Part shown: positions 47,744 through 56,092 of the stretch, one piece after another
How the letters are laid out: each line of letters starts with the position of its first letter
How positions within the stretch are numbered: the first letter of the stretch is position 1
Assembly (NCBI GenBank): GCA_965229215.1
Contig: OZ245864.1
Coordinates: forward strand, 58,640 to 122,639
Direction: 5' to 3'
Source of the DNA: Tagaea sp.
Lineage (GTDB): Bacteria > Pseudomonadota > Alphaproteobacteria > CACIAM-22H2
DNA: 64,000 nucleotides
Program-made: the position numbers and the translations under genes
The notes under the pieces: model-generated
What the model saw: the letters and a program-made list of their open reading frames with translations, nothing else
What the model was told of the DNA's origin: nothing
Databases searched by the model: none

Positions 47744-48708
47744 GGCTCGTCCCGCCCGCTCAGGCCCACGCGCGGATCGAGGGCCGCGTAGACGAGATCG
47801 GCCGCGAAGTTCGCCGCGATGACGAGGAAGGCCGCCATCAGCAGGCAGGCCAGCGCCAGGTTGAAGTCGCTCGCCAGGATCGCGTCGTAGATGAGCTTGC
47901 CCATGCCGGGATAGGCGAAGATCGTCTCGGTCACCAGCGCGCCGGAGAACAGCCCGCCGAAGCCGAGCGCGGCGACCGTCGCGACGGGCACCAGCGCGTT
48001 GCGCAGCACGTGATGCAGCAGCACGCGGCGCTCGCTTGCCCCCTTGGCGCGTGCGGTGCGCACCCAGTCCTGCGCCAGCGCCTCGCCGGCCGCCGCGCGC
48101 ATGTGGCGCGCGTACTCGCCCGCCTCGACGATCGCCAGCGTCGCCACGGGCAGGACCAGCGCCTTCGCGTGCGCCCAGAAGCCCTCGCTGCCGGGCGGGG
48201 GCAGGGCGCTGGCGGGCAGCCAGCCGAGCGCCACCGCGAACAGCACGATCAGCAGCAGGCCGAGCCAGAAGGTGGGGATCGCGGCCGACACGAACGCGAA
48301 GGCGTTGATCGCCGCATCGAGCGTGCCGCCGCGCCGCGCCGCCGCCAGCAGGCCGAGCGGCAGGCCGATGGCGAGTGCCAGCACGAAGGCCGCGAGCATC
48401 AGCGCCGCCGTGTTGGCGAGATACGGCCCCACGGTCGCGAGCACGGGTTTGGAGAAGATGCGGCTGTAGCCGAGATCGCCGTGCAGCAACGCCACGAGCC
48501 AGTCCGCGTAGCGCGCGCCAAGCGGCCGGTCGAGACCGTGGAGTTCGCGCAGGCGCCTTATGTCGTCGGGCGTGATGTTGGGATTGCCCGAGGCCATCAG
48601 GTCGACGGGATCGCCCGGCATCAGGCCGAGCAGCATGTAGATCGCGAAGCTCGCGGCCAGCAGGACGACCAGGCCCTGGAACGCGCGCGCGCCCGCGTGA
48701 CGGATCAT
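47740..48708 (-). CDS. ABC transporter permease (DppB/OppB-like)
   Basis: ATG at 48708 (MIRHAGARAFQGLVVLLAASFAIYMLLGLMPGDP) overlaps the SBP stop (ATGA). Confidence 0.85.
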   Translation of the reverse strand: MIRHAGARAFQGLVVLLAASFAIYMLLGLMPGDPVDLMASGNPNITPDDIRRLRELHGLDRPLGARYADWLVALLHGDLGYSRIFSKPVLATVGPYLANTAALMLAAFVLALAIGLPLGLLAAARRGGTLDAAINAFAFVSAAIPTFWLGLLLIVLFAVALGWLPASALPPPGSEGFWAHAKALVLPVATLAIVEAGEYARHMRAAAGEALAQDWVRTARAKGASERRVLLHHVLRNALVPVATVAALGFGGLFSGALVTETIFAYPGMGKLIYDAILASDFNLALACLLMAAFLVIAANFAADLVYAALDPRVGLSGRDEP

Positions 48709-50357
48709 CGCGGATGCCAGTATTCGACGCGCAGCGTGGAATAGTACTGGTGCCCGGTGGGCTCGATGCCGGCGAGCCATTTCGGCACCGCGAAGGGATC
48801 GGAGCGGTAGTAGAGCGGCAGCACCCACGCCTCGTCGGCGTAGCGCTTCTGCATGCGCGCCCAGATCGACTTGCGCGCGTTCGCGTCGAGCTCGCGTTCG
48901 ACCGCGTCGATGTCGGCATCCATCGCGGCGTCGGCGAGGCCCGGCTGGTTCTGTCCGGCCCAGCCGTTGGCCTGCGTGGGGATGCTTTCTGAATGCAGCG
49001 TCGTGCGCGGCACGGACTCGGGCGCCGAGAACCACGCGTACATCGCCATCTGGAAGCGGCGCTGGCGCAGCGTCTCGCCGAAATAGACGCGCGCGGGCTC
49101 GTTGCGGATGCGCACGTCGATTCCCGCGCGCTTCCACTGGCTCTGCAGCACCTGCTGCACGGTCTCGCGGATGCGGTTGCCCGCCGTAGTGCCGAACTCG
49201 AACGACAGCCGCTCGCCCGCCGCGTTCCGGCGCACGCCGTCGACGACCCTGTCGTAGCCCGCTTCGATCAACAGTGCTTGCGCGCGCGCGAGATCGAACG
49301 GATAGGCGGGCGTGTCGGCCGCATAGATCGAATCGCGCGGATTGACGAAGGAGCGCGCGACGGGCTGCTTGCCGTCGAAGAGCTGGCGCACGAGCCCCTC
49401 GCGGTCGAGCGCGTAGAGCAGCGCCTGACGCACGCGCCTGTCCTTGAAGGCGGGGATGTCGAGGTTGAGGTCGACATGCTCGTAGAGCAGGCTCGGCACG
49501 TACTGGAAGTCGAAGCGCTGGCCCTGCCGCTTCTCCAGCGCCAATGCCTGATCGAGCGTGAAGCCGAGCTCGCCCGCCACATAGTCGATGCTGCCCGAGA
49601 GCAGGTTCGCCTCAAGTGCGGCCGTGTTCTCGATCACGCGCACGACGATGCGCTTGAAATGCGGCTTGGCCCCGGCCCAGTGCGCATTGGGCTCCAGCGT
49701 GATCGAGGCACCCGGCTGCACGCCGGTGATGCGATAGGGGCCGTTGAAGAGGGCGGGGTTCGCGGGCTCGGTATCGAAGGCGGTGCGCCGCTTGTACGTT
49801 TCCGGATCGGCGTCGAAGCGCGCCCGTTCGATGTGTTCGGGCAGCAGGTCGAACTGGCTGAAATCGTTGTAGGTGAAGGTCACCCGGTCGTTGGTGAACA
49901 CCACTGTCTTTTCGTCGGGCGCTTCCACCTTGAGGATGCGCCGGTAGCCTTCGCCGCTGGCGACACCCGAGCGCGGATGGCGGCCGACGTCCCACGCGAG
50001 GATCGCGTCCTTGGCGACCACGGGGCGCCCGTCGCCCCATCTGGCTTCGGGCAGGATGCGGAAGGTGACTTCGGCACCTTCCTTGCCGTCGGGCAGCGTG
50101 ACGCGCCTGGCGCCGCCGTTCTCGAATGTCGGCAGCTCGACGCAGATCAGGCAGACGAGCTTCCAGTCCTTGTCGTAGGTGGTCAGCGGCCTTCGCGCCA
50201 TGTGCAGCACGTAGGTCTTCGCCGCCATCGAATCGATCATCGGATGCAGCGTGGCGGGGAACTGCGTGATGCCGATCGTGAGCGTGTCGCGGACCTGCGC
50301 CTGCGCCGCCCCGGCGAGGGCGAGGATCGCGGCGGCGAGGGTCGCGATCGCGCGCAT
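48705..50357 (-). CDS. ABC transporter substrate-binding protein, family 5
   Basis: ATG at 50357 (MRAIATLAAAILALAGAAQAQ signal). About 550 aa, DppA/OppA-like. Lies 7 nt downstream of the pyrE stop. Confidence 0.85.
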   Translation of the reverse strand: MRAIATLAAAILALAGAAQAQVRDTLTIGITQFPATLHPMIDSMAAKTYVLHMARRPLTTYDKDWKLVCLICVELPTFENGGARRVTLPDGKEGAEVTFRILPEARWGDGRPVVAKDAILAWDVGRHPRSGVASGEGYRRILKVEAPDEKTVVFTNDRVTFTYNDFSQFDLLPEHIERARFDADPETYKRRTAFDTEPANPALFNGPYRITGVQPGASITLEPNAHWAGAKPHFKRIVVRVIENTAALEANLLSGSIDYVAGELGFTLDQALALEKRQGQRFDFQYVPSLLYEHVDLNLDIPAFKDRRVRQALLYALDREGLVRQLFDGKQPVARSFVNPRDSIYAADTPAYPFDLARAQALLIEAGYDRVVDGVRRNAAGERLSFEFGTTAGNRIRETVQQVLQSQWKRAGIDVRIRNEPARVYFGETLRQRRFQMAMYAWFSAPESVPRTTLHSESIPTQANGWAGQNQPGLADAAMDADIDAVERELDANARKSIWARMQKRYADEAWVLPLYYRSDPFAVPKWLAGIEPTGHQYYSTLRVEYWHPR

Positions 50358-50364
50358 GTGCGGC

Positions 50365-51048
50365 TTACGCTTCCTTCTTCTTGCCGTCGCCGCCGCCGTG
50401 GGCGAGCGACCATTCGACGGGCGCCTCGAGGAACCTGCGCACCTCGGCAAGATCGGAAGCACTATAAACTTTCTGTTTTTCCGTCTCCTTCAGCACGTCC
50501 CACCAGGTGGCGAGCGCGTGCAGGTCCACGCCGTGGGCCTTCAGCCCGGCGATGGCCTCGGGGAAGATGCCGTAATGGAAGACGACGAAGGTGTGCGCGA
50601 CCTTGGCGCCCGCCTGCCGCAGCCCGTCGACGAACAGCATCTTCGAGCCGCCGTCGGTCGCGAGATCCTCGACGAGCAGCACGTTCTGCCCTTCCTTGAG
50701 GTCGCCCTCGATCATCGCGTTCATGCCGTAGCCCTTGGGCTTCTTGCGCACGTAAAGCATCGGCAGTTCCAGCCGCTCGGCGATCCACGCGGCGTAGGGG
50801 ATGCCGGCAGTCTCGCCGCCCGCGACCACGTCGATGCCCGCATAGCCGATGTTCCGCCCGATCATGGTCACGGCCATGTCCATCAGCTTGTTGCGCGCGC
50901 GCGGGAAGCTGATGAGCTTGCGGCAGTTGCAGTAGGTCGGGCTCGCGAGGCCGGAAGCGAAGATGTAGGGCTTCGTCGCGTTGAACTGGATCGCCCGGGT
51001 TTCGATCAGGATGCGCGCGGTGGTTTCGGCGATCTCTTCGGGCGACAT
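50365..51048 (-). CDS. pyrE: orotate phosphoribosyltransferase
   Basis: 227 aa from MSPEEIAETTARILIETRAIQF... PRPP loop VLLVEDLATDGGS. AAGGAG SD. The 5' two-thirds of track ORF 50365..52116 is read-through. Confidence 0.88.
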   Translation of the reverse strand: MSPEEIAETTARILIETRAIQFNATKPYIFASGLASPTYCNCRKLISFPRARNKLMDMAVTMIGRNIGYAGIDVVAGGETAGIPYAAWIAERLELPMLYVRKKPKGYGMNAMIEGDLKEGQNVLLVEDLATDGGSKMLFVDGLRQAGAKVAHTFVVFHYGIFPEAIAGLKAHGVDLHALATWWDVLKETEKQKVYSASDLAEVRRFLEAPVEWSLAHGGGDGKKKEA

Positions 51049-51144
51049 GGAAGCTCCTTGGAATGACTCGATTTTCCGGTTGTAGGCCGCGCCCGGCAGC
51101 CTCGCAAGGCGGCTTGGCCGGGCGCCGGCCAAAAAGTTATCCCC

Positions 51145-52194
51145 ATGATTCACACCCGCTTGATACAATCCATGGCGTACGCCGAGTCGTTCGACGTCAA
51201 GAGAATGAATCCCGAGACAATGGCCGCACGCGCCGTCCCCGCCCCGAGCCGCCTGCGCGCCGCGCTGCGCTCCACCCTCTATCTGGGGGGTGCGGTGCTG
51301 GCGGGCGGGGCCGCGATGGTCGGCGTGCTGAACTACGTCGCCAGCCAGAAGCCGGCCGCGTCGGCCCGCCCGTCCCTCGTGGCCGTGGCGCTGCCGCCGC
51401 CGGACGCAACGCCGGTCGCCGCGCCCGTCGAGGCACCGGCCGCGGTCGAAGCCGTCGCGGCGATCGTCGAACCGGAGCCTGCCGCCGCCCCGCCGCCGCC
51501 GCGCCCGGTGGTCGAGGTCGATTCGGTGGCGCAGGGTTTCCCCGTTTCCGCCTATCGCATCCAGAAGACGCAGACCGGCTGGATCGACAAGATGACGATG
51601 GAGGACGACGGCGCCGTCGTGCAGGTGTCGGGCTGGGCGGGCGATCCGGGCCTCGGCCTGCGCGTGCCCTATGTGGCGCTGGGCGCGTGCGGGCAGGTCG
51701 TCGCGGTCGTACGCGTCGAACTGCCGCGCGCGGATGTCGCGATCAACGTGCATCCCAATCTCGACCGCGCGGGCTGGCAGGCGCGCATCTTCGCGGGCCA
51801 TCTGCCCGCCTGCGCCGACCGGAAGCTCGAGGCGCATGCGCTGCTGCCCGGCGGCAAGCTGCTGGTGCCGCTGCAGACGACGCAGGATCGTCCGCTCGCG
51901 TCCGTGGGCGACGGCGCGGCCGCCGATCCGCACGGCCCGCCGGGGCTGATCGCGCCCGGCGATCTCGCCTACGGCCCGCCGGTGCGCGTCAAGCTTTCGG
52001 GCTCCACGGCGCTGCTGCGCTGCGGGCGGGCGGTGTGCGCCAATGTCGGCCAGGTCGCGCGCGGCGAATACCGCGCGTTGATGCTCGACCGGCGCGACGG
52101 CTGGATGCTGGTTCATTTCGCGGCCGACAACCGCGTGGGCTGGGTCCCGGAAGCGGCGATCGAGAAGCTGCCCGAGCGCGTCGCCCAGCGTTGA
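51145..52194 (+). CDS. hypothetical membrane-anchored protein with C-terminal SH3b-like segment
   Basis: One TM (LYLGGAVLAGGAAMVGVLNYV), a Pro/Ala linker, an unrecognised middle domain, and a C-terminal ...GEYRALMLDRRDGWMLVHFAADNRVGWVPEAAI (SH3-like). The start is uncertain because there are several in-frame Met codons. Confidence 0.45.
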   Translation: MIHTRLIQSMAYAESFDVKRMNPETMAARAVPAPSRLRAALRSTLYLGGAVLAGGAAMVGVLNYVASQKPAASARPSLVAVALPPPDATPVAAPVEAPAAVEAVAAIVEPEPAAAPPPPRPVVEVDSVAQGFPVSAYRIQKTQTGWIDKMTMEDDGAVVQVSGWAGDPGLGLRVPYVALGACGQVVAVVRVELPRADVAINVHPNLDRAGWQARIFAGHLPACADRKLEAHALLPGGKLLVPLQTTQDRPLASVGDGAAADPHGPPGLIAPGDLAYGPPVRVKLSGSTALLRCGRAVCANVGQVARGEYRALMLDRRDGWMLVHFAADNRVGWVPEAAIEKLPERVAQR

Positions 52195-52200
52195 GCGGCA

Positions 52201-52238
52201 CCCGGCATGAATTGCCGGGCTCGGCAGAAATTGCCGGT
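52201..52238. promoter_or_regulatory. two tandem dyads CCCGGCA-N5-TGCCGGG and CGGCA-N5-TGCCG, candidate enhancer-binding-protein UAS (the first may also act as terminator of the upstream gene)
   Basis: Read directly. Dyad centres are 19 bp apart and about 95-112 bp upstream of the -24 element at 52322. Confidence 0.4.
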
Positions 52239-52281
52239 CTGTCTCTGCATATATTTCCCGTCAGCATTGTGTGTAAATACG

Positions 52282-52294
52282 TAAGCCATTGATA
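52282..52294. promoter_or_regulatory. IHF-consensus site TAAGCCATTGATA (reverse complement of WATCAANNNNTTR)
   Basis: Full match to YAANNNNTTGATW. Sits in the AT-rich stretch between the dyads and the -24/-12 element. Confidence 0.4.
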
Positions 52295-52320
52295 AACAAG
52301 ACTGTAAAATTGTAACGAAT

Positions 52321-52335
52321 AGGCACAAACTTTGC
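52321..52335 (+). promoter_or_regulatory. sigma-54 type -24/-12 promoter aGGCAC-N5-TTGC for the flagellin gene
   Basis: GG and GC are at the exact consensus spacing (TGGCAC-N5-TTGC). The -12 GC is 32 nt upstream of the ATG, with a GGGAGA SD in between. Confidence 0.6.
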
Positions 52336-52367
52336 GGTGCTCCGGTTAACCAAACGGGAGACCCCCC

Positions 52368-53186
52368 ATGTCCAATTCGATCAATACCAACGTCGCGGCC
52401 ATGTTGGCGAACAACTCGCTGCGGACGTCCGGTGCCCAGCTCGACCGCGCGTCGAAGACGGTGCAGACCGGCTACCGCGTTGCCGACGCGATGGACGATG
52501 CCTCGACCTTCTCGGTCGCGCAGGGCATCCGCGGCAACCTGCAGGCCTTCAACGCCGTGCAGCAGTCGCTGACCAACGGCGCCGGCCTCGGCGACGTGAC
52601 CGACGCCGCCCTCACCAGCATCTCCGACCTGATCGGCAACCTGCAGGCCAAGGTCACGCAGCTCGCCGACGGGGCGATCTCGTCGAACCAGCGCACGATC
52701 TACTCGGCCGACTTCAACGCGATGACCTCGCAGATCCAGAACTTCATCAGCCAGGCGAACTACAACGGCGTCAACCTGCTGTCGTCGCTTTCGGCCGCGC
52801 GCACCTTCCTCGTCGACACGAACGCCAACACGCTGTCGCTGGCGAGCCAGTCCTCGGTCAACGCGGCGTTCACGACGTTCCGGACCTCGTCGGTCACCTC
52901 GGCTTCGGCGGCGACGCTGGCGCTCACCTCGCTCAACACGTTCTCGCAGGCGGTCCACGCCTCGCTGTCGAGCAACGCCGCCGGCACGCGCGCGCTCAAC
53001 CTGCAGAACAGTTTCATCAACAGCCAGGTCGACGCGATCACGACCGGCCTCGGCGCCACGGTCGATGCCGACATCGGCAAGGCCTCGGCCGAGGTGCAGT
53101 CGCGCCAGGTGCAGCGCCAGCTCGGCGTCCAGTCGCTGTCGCTGGCCAACCAGCAGCCGTCCGTCCTGCTCGGCCTGTTCCGCTAA
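52368..53186 (+). CDS. fliC: flagellin (short, Caulobacter-type, about 272 aa)
   Basis: MSNSINTNVAAMLANNSL... N-terminus and ...QSRQVQRQLGVQSLSLANQQPSVLLGLFR C-terminus are canonical flagellin D0 segments. Confidence 0.9.
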   Translation: MSNSINTNVAAMLANNSLRTSGAQLDRASKTVQTGYRVADAMDDASTFSVAQGIRGNLQAFNAVQQSLTNGAGLGDVTDAALTSISDLIGNLQAKVTQLADGAISSNQRTIYSADFNAMTSQIQNFISQANYNGVNLLSSLSAARTFLVDTNANTLSLASQSSVNAAFTTFRTSSVTSASAATLALTSLNTFSQAVHASLSSNAAGTRALNLQNSFINSQVDAITTGLGATVDADIGKASAEVQSRQVQRQLGVQSLSLANQQPSVLLGLFR

Positions 53187-53196
53187 CAGCCAGTTC

Positions 53197-53224
53197 GTCA
53201 TGCCCGGCATTCGCCGGGCATGAC
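53197..53224. repeat. REP-like 28-bp palindrome GTCATGCCCGGC-ATTC-GCCGGGCATGAC (copy 1)
   Basis: 12-bp stem with a 4-nt loop, 10 nt after the flagellin stop. Identical to the copy at 59433 and to the right-hand hairpin of the element at 55945..56033. Confidence 0.85.
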
Positions 53225-53309
53225 GGCGGATGGATTGCGTCTGCCGGCGCTTCGAGGCTTTCAATCGTTCCTCCCCATTGCGTAAGGTGACGCAAAGGGG
53301 AGTGGACGG

Positions 53310-54155
53310 ATGAAAACCAGACGCAAGGCCGCGAAGAAACCGACGAAGCCCTATGCGACGCAGGCGGGCGATCCCGTGCAGGTCGACCGCCTGTGCGCGG
53401 GCGATCCGCGCATCGTCACCGTCGTCCTCAACCGCCCCGACAAGCTCAACGCGATTTCCAGCGCGCTGTGGAAACAGCTCGGCGAGGCGATGCGCGCGCT
53501 CGATGCGGAAGCCGACATCGGCTGCATCGTGCTGCGCGGGGCGGGCGACAGGGCCTTCGGCCCCGGCGCCGACATCTCGGAATTCGAGACGACGCGCAAG
53601 ACGATGAAGATGGCCGTGGCCTACGGCAAGGTCATGCACGCGACGCTGAAGGCCGTGAACGAATGCCGCCACCCGACGGTGGCGCTGATCCATGGGCTGT
53701 GCGTGGGCGGCTCGCTGGAGATCGCCAGCATGTGCGACATGCGCATCGCGGGCGAGGGGGCGCGCTTCGGCGTGCCGATCAACCGCATCGGCGTCATCAT
53801 GGCGTATCCCGAGCTTTCCGGGCTGATCGACCTCGTGGGTCGCGCCACGGCGCTGGAGATCCTGCTGGAAGCGCGCGTGTTCGGCGCGGCCGAGGCGAAG
53901 GACAAGCGCCTGATCAACCGCGTGGTGCCCGACGCGAAGGTGGAGGAGGAGGCGTATCTCGCGGCAAGCCGCATCGCGTCGGGGGCACCCCTTTCCAACC
54001 GCTGGCACAAGAAGTTCGTGCGCCGCCTCAAGAGCACGAAGCCGCTCTCGAAGGCCGAATTCCTCGAAGGGTTCGCCAACTGCGACACGCGCGACTATCT
54101 CGAAGGCTATCGCGCCTTCCTGGAGAAGCGCCGGCCGAAGTTCGAGGGGCGATAG
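53310..54155 (+). CDS. enoyl-CoA hydratase/isomerase (crotonase) family protein
   Basis: 281 aa. ...VVLNRPDKLNAIS...VLRGAGDRAFGPGADISEF... is the crotonase oxyanion-hole pattern. AAGGGGAG SD. Confidence 0.8.
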   Translation: MKTRRKAAKKPTKPYATQAGDPVQVDRLCAGDPRIVTVVLNRPDKLNAISSALWKQLGEAMRALDAEADIGCIVLRGAGDRAFGPGADISEFETTRKTMKMAVAYGKVMHATLKAVNECRHPTVALIHGLCVGGSLEIASMCDMRIAGEGARFGVPINRIGVIMAYPELSGLIDLVGRATALEILLEARVFGAAEAKDKRLINRVVPDAKVEEEAYLAASRIASGAPLSNRWHKKFVRRLKSTKPLSKAEFLEGFANCDTRDYLEGYRAFLEKRRPKFEGR

Positions 54156-54158
54156 GGC

Positions 54159-55361
54159 GTGCCGGGGCCGCTTGCGGGGCTGCGCGTCGTCGAGCTGGCG
54201 CACATCATGGCGGGCCCGGTCGCGGGCCTGATGCTCGCCGACATGGGGGCGGACGTCGTCAAGGTCGAGAAGCTGCCCGGCGGCGACGACACGCGCCGCA
54301 TGGTGCCGCCGCGCGTGGGCGGCGAGAGCGCGGCCTACCTGATGATGAACCGCAACAAGCGGGGCGTGGCGCTCGACCTCAAGCAGGAAGCGGGCAAGGC
54401 GGTGTTGCGCCGCCTGCTGGCCACGGCCGACGTGCTGATCGAGAACTACCGCATGGGCACGCTCGGGCGGCTGGGCTTCGGGTACGAAGCCGTGCATGCG
54501 CTCAACCCGCGGCTCGTCTACTGCTCGCTGTCGGGCTTCGGGCGCACGGGGCCGTACGCGGCGCGCGGCGGCTTCGATCTGGTGGCGCAGGGCATGTCGG
54601 GCCTGATGGGCATCACGGGCGAGGGGCCGGGGCGCGCACCCGTGAAGGTCGGCGCGCCCGTCAGCGACATCACCGCCGGCATCCTCGCGGCGATGGGCAT
54701 CCTCGGCGCGCTGCAGGCGCGCCACACAACAGGCAAGGGCCAGTTCGTCGACACCTCGCTGTTCGAGGCGGGCATCGTGCAGACCTTCTGGCAGTCGGCG
54801 ATCGCACTCGCCACGGGCGTGTCGCCGGGCCCGCTGGGCTCGGCCCATCCGCTCAACGCGCCCTACCAGGCCTTCGCCACGGCCGACGGCTGGATCAATG
54901 TCGGTGCGGCCAACCAGGCCGCGTGGCTGAAACTGGTGGGGTGCCTCGACGCGCCCGGCCTCGCGGCCGACGCGCGCTTCGCCGACAACGCCGCGCGCAT
55001 GGCGAACCTGCCCGCACTCGTCGCGGCACTCGACCCGCACATGCGCAAGCGCACGACGCGGGAATGGCTCGCGGTGTTCGAGAAGGCGGGCATGCCCGCC
55101 GGTCCCGTGCTGTCGATCGGCGAGATGCTGGCCGATCCGCAGACGCTGGCGCGCGACATGGTGGTGGAGACCGATCATCCCGTGCTCGGCCGCGTGAAGA
55201 CGCTGGGCGCGCCGGTCAAGTTCTCCGACACGCCGTCGTCGGTGGCGCGCGCGGCCCCCTTGCTGGGCCAGCACACGGGCGAAGTGCTGGGCGAGATCGG
55301 CTTCTCGGCATCGGAGATCGAATCGTTCGCGGCAAGCGGTGCGGTGGCGCTGGGCGGGTGA
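54159..55361 (+). CDS. family III CoA-transferase (CaiB/BaiF/Frc-like)
   Basis: 400 aa. GLRVVELAHIMAGPVAGLMLADMGADVVKVE is the typical N-terminus. GTG start 3 nt after the crotonase stop. Confidence 0.85.
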   Translation: MPGPLAGLRVVELAHIMAGPVAGLMLADMGADVVKVEKLPGGDDTRRMVPPRVGGESAAYLMMNRNKRGVALDLKQEAGKAVLRRLLATADVLIENYRMGTLGRLGFGYEAVHALNPRLVYCSLSGFGRTGPYAARGGFDLVAQGMSGLMGITGEGPGRAPVKVGAPVSDITAGILAAMGILGALQARHTTGKGQFVDTSLFEAGIVQTFWQSAIALATGVSPGPLGSAHPLNAPYQAFATADGWINVGAANQAAWLKLVGCLDAPGLAADARFADNAARMANLPALVAALDPHMRKRTTREWLAVFEKAGMPAGPVLSIGEMLADPQTLARDMVVETDHPVLGRVKTLGAPVKFSDTPSSVARAAPLLGQHTGEVLGEIGFSASEIESFAASGAVALGG

Positions 55362-55864
55362 GGCGACGGCTGTTGACGGGCGTTGACCGTCAACGCGTCA
55401 TGTCCTTGATCCTGCGCGCTTTCGTCCGTTGACGTTGACGTCGGCGATTCCGGTCGCGCAATTTCTGCGGCGTCTTCGAGCGCCAGTTCCGCATCGGGAT
55501 CGCCTGCCGGCGCATTGTCGACGCGCGGCAGTTCGGGAAGCGCGCGGCCCACGAGCCCGAGCCGGTCGGCCAGCCACAGCGTCACCCGGATATTGCCGTT
55601 CAGCACCTCGCGCTTGATCGTCTCGGCGACTTCGCCGCGCAATCCGTCGATCACGGTCCCCGCTTCGGCGGCGCTGCGCGTGCGGTTGGCGGCGTAGCGC
55701 GCGCGGAACGCCTGCGACTTGCCCAACACCTTCCAGACATTCTGCCGCGTCGTGCCGATCCGGTGGGCGACCTGCGCCGTCGAGCAGCCTTCGGCCAGCA
55801 TCTCGGCCGCGAGCGCCCAGTCGAGCGGTTTGCGGGTCTTGAGCGAATAGGAATTTTGTGTCAT
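55175..55864 (-). CDS. small helix-turn-helix protein with long low-complexity C-terminal extension (orphan, possibly phage or mobile-element derived)
   Basis: The N-terminal ~125 aa look real (LDWALAAEMLAEGCSTAQVAHRIGTTRQNVWKVL HTH; ...NGNIRVTLWLADRLGL). The reading frame then continues without a stop for ~100 more codons. Its last 187 nt overlap the 3' end of the convergent CoA-transferase gene. GGAGA SD. Confidence 0.55.
   Translation of the reverse strand: MTQNSYSLKTRKPLDWALAAEMLAEGCSTAQVAHRIGTTRQNVWKVLGKSQAFRARYAANRTRSAAEAGTVIDGLRGEVAETIKREVLNGNIRVTLWLADRLGLVGRALPELPRVDNAPAGDPDAELALEDAAEIARPESPTSTSTDESAQDQGHDALTVNARQQPSPHPPSATAPLAANDSISDAEKPISPSTSPVCWPSKGAARATDDGVSENLTGAPSVFTRPSTG
55372..55439. 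repeat. cluster of five GTTGAC/GTCAAC hexamers, including the 15-bp palindrome CGTTGAC-C-GTCAACG (55381-55395) and the tandem GTTGACGTTGAC (55428-55439)
   Basis: Read directly. Starts 11 nt after the CoA-transferase stop and lies inside the low-complexity tail of the convergent HTH ORF. Confidence 0.55.
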
Positions 55865-55907
55865 TATCCGTCTCCAACAGCATTAATTACGGCGTTTATT
55901 GAAGGAT

Positions 55908-55936
55908 AATATACCTATATAAAGTATCGGAATCAA
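55908..55936 (-). promoter_or_regulatory. sigma-70-like promoter TTGATT-N17-TATATT
   Basis: On the minus strand, inside an unusually AT-rich 80-nt patch. The -10 ends about 44 nt upstream of the HTH gene ATG. Confidence 0.45.
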
Positions 55937-55944
55937 CCGAATTC

Positions 55945-56033
55945 GTCACCCCCGGGCTTGACCCGGGGGTCCACGACTTTTGTGATTTTGCGAGCGCCGA
56001 AGTCGTGGATGCCCGGCATTCGCCGGGCATGAC
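55945..56033. repeat. composite REP-like element (hairpin ACCCCCGGG-CTTGA-CCCGGGGGT, internal stem CCACGACTT/AAGTCGTGG, hairpin ATGCCCGGC-ATTC-GCCGGGCAT)
   Basis: Read directly. About 89 bp. Closely related, in inverted orientation, to the element at 61790..63165 that is split by the IS. Confidence 0.8.
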
Positions 56034-56092
56034 GGGTAATGCCTGCCATGCCCTATATTCGCTCCGGACAAAGACGGGGGAGCATCGGGTCC

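Noticed and set aside
52113-55274. 1053-aa minus-strand ORF spanning the flagellin, crotonase and CoA-transferase genes
   Set aside because: Same GC artefact. It crosses intergenic regions and a REP palindrome, has no SD, and the plus-strand genes all have clear family signatures.
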